This document shows positions 58,926 to 64,000 of a stretch of DNA of 64,000 bases, in pieces. The notes beneath the pieces are model-generated. The model saw only the letters and a list, made by a program, of their open reading frames with translations. It made no database searches and was not told the DNA's origin. A program made the translations under genes and the position numbers. Every line of letters begins with the position of its first letter. The first letter of the stretch is position 1. The DNA is from a virus (Duplodnaviria > Caudoviricetes): IMG/VR virus record IMGVR_UViG_3300027534_000002, positions 128,570 through 192,569 of that record; one strand, given 5' to 3'.

Positions 58926-59387
58926 TCAACCCGCCACCGATGCGGTCAGCTGACCATTGCGATCGTTAGCCTCTTCTGGGGCGTACCAAATGTAGTCAGG
59001 TTCCGTAGAACCTGGGAACGGTGTCGGCTCCGGGGTTGGTGCGGGGACCGACACTTCCTTCTGAGTCTTGTCTGGCTTAGGAGTCTTCACCTTTGGCTCT
59101 TTCGGAACCTTCTTTTCCTTTGCTTCCGTACCGTCTTTCCGTGCATCCCGAGACTTGTACTCCAGGAACATTCGGACAATATCACCACCATAAGCAGCGA
59201 GACGCTTCTCAAAAACAGCTTGTTGACTCATGCCCACCTTAGTTCCAGTGACGGAACAATACATGTGGAATGGTCGTTTTCCGTTTTGTTGGAAGGCATC
59301 AATCAGCTTAACCATCTCCGCAACCGACTTCTCGTCGTCACGAAGGATATGATTGCTATTCTTAATCAGTTCGTTTGTGTTGCTCAT
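58926..59387 (-). CDS. early protein, paralog of 53443-53886
   Basis: GKRPFHMYCSVTGTKVGMSQ...MFLEYKSR. Confidence 0.8.
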   Translation of the reverse strand: MSNTNELIKNSNHILRDDEKSVAEMVKLIDAFQQNGKRPFHMYCSVTGTKVGMSQQAVFEKRLAAYGGDIVRMFLEYKSRDARKDGTEAKEKKVPKEPKVKTPKPDKTQKEVSVPAPTPEPTPFPGSTEPDYIWYAPEEANDRNGQLTASVAG

Positions 59388-59417
59388 GAGATAATATAGC
59401 TTCGGGTTTATTTTAAG

Positions 59418-59666
59418 TCAAACGGTTTGTCTCTTTCTTTTGCTGAGAACCGCAATTGCTGCCACAGAAAGCAACGGTGTAGTGCTTCCTGGTTCTGGTA
59501 CACTGGATGGACGACAAAAGTTTTCAAAGTTTCCAAAGTTGTAGCTATTGCAAGGCAATGGCAAAATGTGGTCATTGTCCCAGTCATTGCCGTGGCCATT
59601 GCCATTGGCGATACCAGAGATCATAAGAGACAGGCCGACGATTAGTGTAGTGATTAGTTTTTTCAT
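59418..59666 (-). CDS. secreted PEP-CTERM-like protein (exosortase substrate)
   Basis: Signal peptide MKKLITTLIVGLSLMISGIA; C-terminal VPEPGSTTPLLSVAAIAVLSKRKR. Confidence 0.7.
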   Translation of the reverse strand: MKKLITTLIVGLSLMISGIANGNGHGNDWDNDHILPLPCNSYNFGNFENFCRPSSVPEPGSTTPLLSVAAIAVLSKRKRQTV

Positions 59667-59681
59667 GTATTTATATTTATT

Positions 59682-60059
59682 TCAATCTGTAGTATAGTCA
59701 CAAAGAACCCCTTCTTCAATCTCACCAATCAACCCACACAGGCTATTGTAATCATCAACGGAAAGCAATTCCTTTGACTTGACTGAATTTCTCATACCAT
59801 TCCATTGATCTACCATCAGCTCCAACATCCGATTATAGTAGACTTCGACCAATACGATTCCACCAATCCTATCAATCTGGCAGTCTACTTCATTGGAATA
59901 GGCGTCTCGAACAGTGTTGTATTTCATCATACATAGTCCGGTGCCTTTCAAGCGATTGCAAATAGGAGAAAGAACTCTGTAGAATAGATGAGAGGCAATG
60001 GTGACCTTGCATCCTTTTGCTTGCCGAGTTTCGTCAATATATGGTTTGAGATTCATCAT
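59682..60059 (-). CDS. hypothetical protein
   Basis: 125-aa ORF in the array; no intact promoter element. Confidence 0.6.
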   Translation of the reverse strand: MMNLKPYIDETRQAKGCKVTIASHLFYRVLSPICNRLKGTGLCMMKYNTVRDAYSNEVDCQIDRIGGIVLVEVYYNRMLELMVDQWNGMRNSVKSKELLSVDDYNSLCGLIGEIEEGVLCDYTTD

Positions 60060-60094
60060 TTTATAAGAGGGTATGGTTCTTTGTTGGTTCGTTC

Positions 60095-60337
60095 TTAGCC
60101 CATCATCGCCTTTGCACCAGAGATAATAGCCTTCAGCTCCCTTGTAACATCACTGATTACGAAGAACCTGGCTTTCTCCTCGTCAGCAGATTCTCCAAGA
60201 GCGATCTTGGATTCGATCTGCATACCGAGGAATGAGAGGGCGTCTTCAGCCCTGGCGATCTCCTCCTGACAAAGACGGATTTCTTCTTCAATGTCGCGGA
60301 TCGTTTCTGCGTCGAGTTCGTGTGGTGTTTCAGTCAT
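60095..60337 (-). CDS. early hypothetical protein, paralog of 50561-50830
   Basis: Own promoter element. Confidence 0.75.
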   Translation of the reverse strand: MTETPHELDAETIRDIEEEIRLCQEEIARAEDALSFLGMQIESKIALGESADEEKARFFVISDVTRELKAIISGAKAMMG

Positions 60338-60372
60338 GTATTAATATAGATGAGGGTTTAATTGGCGTCAAC

Positions 60373-60510
60373 TTACTTCTTTGCGATCGGGAGGAGGCGA
60401 AGCTTAATTCTTTCGTATGGTGCACCGTACAGAGTAATCCATTTCCCATCGTGCATGAATTGCGCAGCCCAAAGGAACTGATTCTTTGCTTCTTTAGACT
60501 TTTTAGGCAT
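60373..60510 (-). CDS. 45-aa early protein MPKKSKEAKNQFLW...
   Basis: Own promoter element; not in the ORF track. Confidence 0.6.
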   Translation of the reverse strand: MPKKSKEAKNQFLWAAQFMHDGKWITLYGAPYERIKLRLLPIAKK

Positions 60511-60594
60511 GAGTTAATATAACGCCGGGTTTGGATTGATGCAATTGCTTTTGCTAACTCGGGTTTCCATTGGACCCTTCCAGCGAGACCTAGG

Positions 60595-60747
60595 TCAGTG
60601 ACCCGGAACGTCGTCAGCCGTTTCCAGACTTTCCATCACCTTCCCCTCCATCGCCAACCATACAAAGTAACGAATTTGATTAAAGCAACGTTTCCGGAAG
60701 GCTGCAGCTGCTCTCTTCTGGTACTGTTTCTTTAGTTTGCGATTCAT
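60595..60747 (-). CDS. 50-aa MNRKLKKQYQKRAAAAFR family protein
   Basis: TAATG overlap with the upstream stop; paralog of 55065-55268. Confidence 0.55.
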   Translation of the reverse strand: MNRKLKKQYQKRAAAAFRKRCFNQIRYFVWLAMEGKVMESLETADDVPGH

Positions 60748-61073
60748 TAGACTTCTTTTGGTTTCACGACTTTCTGAATAAAGGCTACGGCTGGGAAATG
60801 CTTTTGTGCGTAAACAGCTTCTGGTTCATTATCATAAAGTGCAGTCTCGCCGTTTGTGAACCAGACCACATACACGCACTCTTCTTTTGGAGGTTCCGGT
60901 TCCAGCCGCCATTTGGACATATTAGATGCCAGGTCAGGACCAAACGTCTGACTTTGCCAATGAATCGTAAGATCCCCACCAATATCGTACTGAATCTTCC
61001 TACCGCTAGTAAAGGCTTCAGTATAGAAATCTGCTAGCACTTTGCACTTCTCTTTGTATTCGGTATCAGTCAT
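60747..61073 (-). CDS. FY...GPD...WR family paralog
   Basis: VLADFY...GPDLASNMSKWRLEP. Confidence 0.8.
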   Translation of the reverse strand: MTDTEYKEKCKVLADFYTEAFTSGRKIQYDIGGDLTIHWQSQTFGPDLASNMSKWRLEPEPPKEECVYVVWFTNGETALYDNEPEAVYAQKHFPAVAFIQKVVKPKEV

Positions 61074-61112
61074 CGTGAGTTAATATAGTACAGGGTTGTT
61101 TGTGAGTCAAGA

Positions 61113-61583
61113 TCAAATCAAATTCTTCTTGATAAAGTAGTCGATGTCCGCCTTCAGGTATTTGGATTGTGTGTTGTTGTACAAGTGCGCCTCACCGGTC
61201 CTATCGAAGAAGTAAAGATCACCAGAAGGGTCCTGATGAATAAGGACTCCGTTGTATTCCTCTACTGGTTCTAGAATCAGAACCTCATCAATATGTTCTA
61301 CATATCGAATGAATTTCATTTTCAGGATTCGAGCCATATCATCAGCTTGCGGCTGAGACTTGGCGATATGCTCCGTGTCTTCAGAAACCCACAATTCCTT
61401 CTTAGGATGACGAACTCTCCAGAGTTCCATGCTTGAATCCATACAAGGCCCGTATGCACTGTCGTACCAATTGCCCATCCAAGTATCATACTTCTGAGGG
61501 ATGCCGCCATTCAACACTTGAGTATAGAACTCAATCATCCGTTCCGCCATAATCTTCCGATATGTTTCAGTCGTGTTGCTCAT
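61113..61583 (-). CDS. FY...GPD...WR family paralog with a C-terminal extension
   Basis: MIEFY...YGPCMDSSMELWRV. Confidence 0.8.
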   Translation of the reverse strand: MSNTTETYRKIMAERMIEFYTQVLNGGIPQKYDTWMGNWYDSAYGPCMDSSMELWRVRHPKKELWVSEDTEHIAKSQPQADDMARILKMKFIRYVEHIDEVLILEPVEEYNGVLIHQDPSGDLYFFDRTGEAHLYNNTQSKYLKADIDYFIKKNLI

Positions 61584-61597
61584 GATATACTATGGAT

Positions 61598-61924
61598 TCA
61601 GGCTTTCTGCACTTCAACGTATTCTTTGAATTTCGTATTTCGCTTATAGTTGTAAGCGTCGACTTCTTCAATGCTATAAGCAATATAGCCATCCTCCGAG
61701 ACCCAAACTCTCTCTGGTGGAAAGACAACTCTCCACGCTTCTTGATCACTGGTGAAGTCAGGCCCATAATCTACATCATCTAACCAATTGTAACTAGCAG
61801 TCGTGGAGGAGTATTCTTTATGCTGTGGAATCCCTCCTTCTGCTACTTTCGTATAGAAGTCGGAAAGCCATTCCGCTTGTTTCTTGAGGATTTGTGCATT
61901 GATGTCTTGTGGGGTTGGCTGCAT
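61598..61924 (-). CDS. FY...GPD...WR family paralog
   Basis: LSDFY...YGPDFTSDQEAWRV. Confidence 0.8.
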   Translation of the reverse strand: MQPTPQDINAQILKKQAEWLSDFYTKVAEGGIPQHKEYSSTTASYNWLDDVDYGPDFTSDQEAWRVVFPPERVWVSEDGYIAYSIEEVDAYNYKRNTKFKEYVEVQKA

Positions 61925-62152
61925 GAGATAATCTACTGTCGGGTTGTATGCTGTGCAAGATGTTTGTGCTGATTATATGGAACTGCTCCTTTTCCGCCCA
62001 CCTACGCTTAAGGAAAACTCGCTTTTTAGGAGCGAAAAGGATAGAAGGAAGCAAAAAGCATGGGGTTTAAGTATGGGTTTGGGTGGGAAAGCTAAGCTAA
62101 AAGGTTAAAAGGAAAGCTAAAAGAGGAAGGAAATTGTTAGGAAGCCCCTATA

Positions 62153-62370
62153 TTCCGGTGGGATTCCGATGGGATACTGATGGGATACTGATGGGATTCC
62201 GGTGGGATTCCGGAGTGCTATTTCCCTTTCCGGAGTGCTATTTCCCTTTCCGGAGTGCTATTTCCCTTTCCGGAGTGCTATTTCCTATTTCCCTTTCCTA
62301 TTTCTCTTTCTCTTTCCAGAGTGCTATTCCACGTACTATTCTATTTTTCCTTTTCCGGAGTGATATTCTC
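62153..62370. repeat. non-coding tandem repeats: ~11 bp x5 then 20 bp x3+
   Basis: TGGGAT(T/A)C(C/T)G(A/G) units; CGGAGTGCTATTTCCCTTTC x3 plus partial and degenerate copies. Confidence 0.9.
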
Positions 62371-62568
62371 TTTCTATATTCCTATTGGATATCATAAGGT
62401 CTTGTTTATATTTCTTTTGTATATCCACATACTTCTGTTATTGTCTGGTATATAAAGATTCACCTTTCTATCTATTCTTATTTCCCTAATCCTTTTTTCT
62501 ATTTCCTTTTCGTTTCTTCATATTCCTTTTTAAGGCCTTTCTTATGTATACGTAATATACCTTCCGCG

Positions 62569-62608
62569 AAATATATAATCATCAAAATATATAATCATCA
62601 AAATATAT
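62569..62608. repeat. 16-bp AT-rich tandem repeat x2.5
   Basis: AAATATATAATCATCA repeated. Confidence 0.8.
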
Positions 62609-62680
62609 CTCCATCCGTTTATACAACATATCATACCTTATGTATTTCACTCTCTATTCAAGGTCCTTCTCCTCTATTAT

Positions 62681-62911
62681 TCAACCGAGAGGATCATTTA
62701 TGAACTCATTATTCTCCAATCCTTTTTTGCATTTAACGAACATTTTTCTTAATTTTTCCTCCTTATTTTTGATCTTTGGATCATCTAATACCGTCAATCC
62801 AATATCAATGAATGACAGCAAGACTTCAATTTTCCCTTCTCGATTCTCTTTTTGGAGAGTTTCGATTTTCGATTCAAGGTTTCTTATGAATTCTGGTGAG
62901 TAATGATACAT
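62681..62911 (-). CDS. hypothetical protein
   Basis: 76-aa ORF overlapping the end of the LRR gene. Confidence 0.6.
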   Translation of the reverse strand: MYHYSPEFIRNLESKIETLQKENREGKIEVLLSFIDIGLTVLDDPKIKNKEEKLRKMFVKCKKGLENNEFINDPLG

Positions 62912-63522
62912 ATACGTCCTTTAATATTTGACACTTTTCTTATCTCTTCTTCCGTGAAATGGATCCCTTTTGCAAAAGAGATATAAAGAATTCCGCCGAT
63001 CTCTTTAGGTAGACCTTCTAAGGATGTGAGAGGGTTGTAGGGGCAAGAGAAATTACCACCTACTTTCTCTGGTGCTCCTTTCAGGGAAGTGAGAGAGTTG
63101 TAGTCGCAAATGAAATCACGACCTACTTTCTTTGGTGCCCCTTCCAAGGATGTGAGAGAGTTGTTGTCGCAATAGAAATCACGACCTACTTTCTTTGGTG
63201 CCCCTTTCAGGGAAGTCAGAGAGTTGTCGTTGCAAAAGAAATCACGACCTACTTTCTTTGGTGCCCCTTCCAAGGATGTGAGAGAGTTGTTGGAGCAATA
63301 GAAATCACGACCTACTTTCTCTGGTGCTCCTTTCAGGGAAGTCAGAGAGTTGTTGTAGCAAGAGAAATCACCTTCTACTTTCTCTGGTGACCCTTCCAAG
63401 GATGTGAGGGAGTTAAAGGGGCAAAAGAAATCACCCTTCACTATCACATCTTCGAGAAAATCTGGCAGTTTCTTGAGGTACAAATCACTAAGATCGACAT
63501 CTTCTTGAATCACTTTTGGCAT
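62884..63522 (-). CDS. 22-aa LRR-like repeat protein, cluster 2 (7 Cys units)
   Basis: Same 66-bp units with different caps (VDLSDLYLKKLPDFL / FTEEEIRKVSNIKG); TTGAAG-17-TATAAT-5-ATG. Confidence 0.85.
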   Translation of the reverse strand: MPKVIQEDVDLSDLYLKKLPDFLEDVIVKGDFFCPFNSLTSLEGSPEKVEGDFSCYNNSLTSLKGAPEKVGRDFYCSNNSLTSLEGAPKKVGRDFFCNDNSLTSLKGAPKKVGRDFYCDNNSLTSLEGAPKKVGRDFICDYNSLTSLKGAPEKVGGNFSCPYNPLTSLEGLPKEIGGILYISFAKGIHFTEEEIRKVSNIKGRICIITHQNS

Positions 63523-63545
63523 ACACTATTATAGCTTAGGGCGTC

Positions 63546-63923
63546 TTATTCTTCAAGGATATAAACTTTCCCTTTAATATTTGACACTTTTCTAATTTCC
63601 TCTTCTGTGAAATGGATCCCTTTTGCAAAAGAGATCCAAAGATTTCCGCCGATCTCTTTAGGTACTCCTTCTAGAGAAGTGAGAGATTTGTTGTAGCAAT
63701 AGAAATTACCACCTACTTCCATTGGCGCCCCTTCCAAGGATGTGAGAGAGTTGCTGTGGCAAGAGAAATCACCACCTACTTCCTTTGGTGCCCCTTCCAA
63801 GGAAGCGAGAGAGTTGTTGTGGCAAAAGAAATGACCCTTCACTATCACATCTTCCAAGAAATCTGGCAGTTTCTCGAGGTACAAATCACTAAGATCGACA
63901 TTTCCTTGAATCGCTTTGATCAT
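63546..63923 (-). CDS. 22-aa LRR-like repeat protein, cluster 2 (3 Cys units)
   Basis: Same caps; TTGATG-17-TATAGT-5-ATG. Confidence 0.85.
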   Translation of the reverse strand: MIKAIQGNVDLSDLYLEKLPDFLEDVIVKGHFFCHNNSLASLEGAPKEVGGDFSCHSNSLTSLEGAPMEVGGNFYCYNKSLTSLEGVPKEIGGNLWISFAKGIHFTEEEIRKVSNIKGKVYILEE

Positions 63924-63946
63924 ACAATACTATAGCTTAGGGCGTC

Positions 63947-64000
63947 TTAGGCATCAAGGATATAAACTTTCCCTTTAATATTTGACACTTTTCTAATTTC
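63947..64000 (-). CDS. 3' end of a further LRR-like paralog (truncated by the window)
   Basis: EIRKVSNIKGKVYILDA*, near-identical to the end of 63546-63923. Confidence 0.8.
   Translation of the reverse strand, partial: EIRKVSNIKGKVYILDA

Larger units (their letters stand above)
49749..61958 (-). repeat. dispersed family of ~35 sigma70-type promoter elements, about one per small gene
   Basis: Consensus TTGACA-gcaa(a/c)(c/t)c-AACCC-tcagc-TATATT-N5-ATG before the starts at 49748, 50066, 50306, 50534, 50830, 51203, 51496, 51722, 51900, 52126, 52578, 52926, 53222, 53363, 54207, 54530, 54751, 55034, 55268, 55461, 55748, 56300, 56874, 57136, 58183, 58556, 58817, 59387, 60337, 60510, 61583, 61924. 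Short leaders before 53886, 57812, 61073. Confidence 0.9.

Noticed and set aside
49749-61958. CRISPR array or integron attC sites
   Set aside because: The repeats are degenerate, non-palindromic, spaced 140-600 bp apart by ORFs and match -35/-10 promoter geometry; no cas operon or integrase is in the window.
62134-62455. Phe-rich ORFs 62134-62397 and 62255-62455
   Set aside because: They are translations of pyrimidine-rich tandem repeats with non-ATG starts.

Overview
This window is a 64-kb piece of a large T4-like (myovirus) phage genome. Bases 1-32 kb hold virion morphogenesis genes: neck gp14/gp13, gp15, a repeat-rich fibre, portal, prohead protease, scaffold, major capsid, small terminase and baseplate gp25/gp6, interspersed with queD, dUTPase and a clamp loader. 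Bases 32-45 kb hold a phage tmRNA with an unusually long 33-aa tag, a nucleotidyltransferase/ligase-like fusion, queE, thioredoxin, an exonuclease and many small probable head proteins. The right third is the most unusual part. (i) Two clusters of tandem paralogous 22-aa (66-bp) LRR-like genes vary almost only as NNT/NNC at four codons, an AAY-type, DGR-like signature, but no RT or template is in the window. (ii) Between them lies a ~12.5-kb, visibly more GC-rich array of about 40 tiny minus-strand genes. About 35 carry their own copy of a 34-bp sigma70-type promoter element, usually with the -10 box 5 nt from the ATG, which predicts leaderless mRNA. (iii) This array is bracketed by two repeat-rich non-coding blocks and includes a PEP-CTERM-like exosortase substrate. 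Late genes also have TAA(A/G/T)TA 5-9 nt before the ATG, so much of the transcriptome may be leaderless. All family calls are by eye from motifs; no searches were run.
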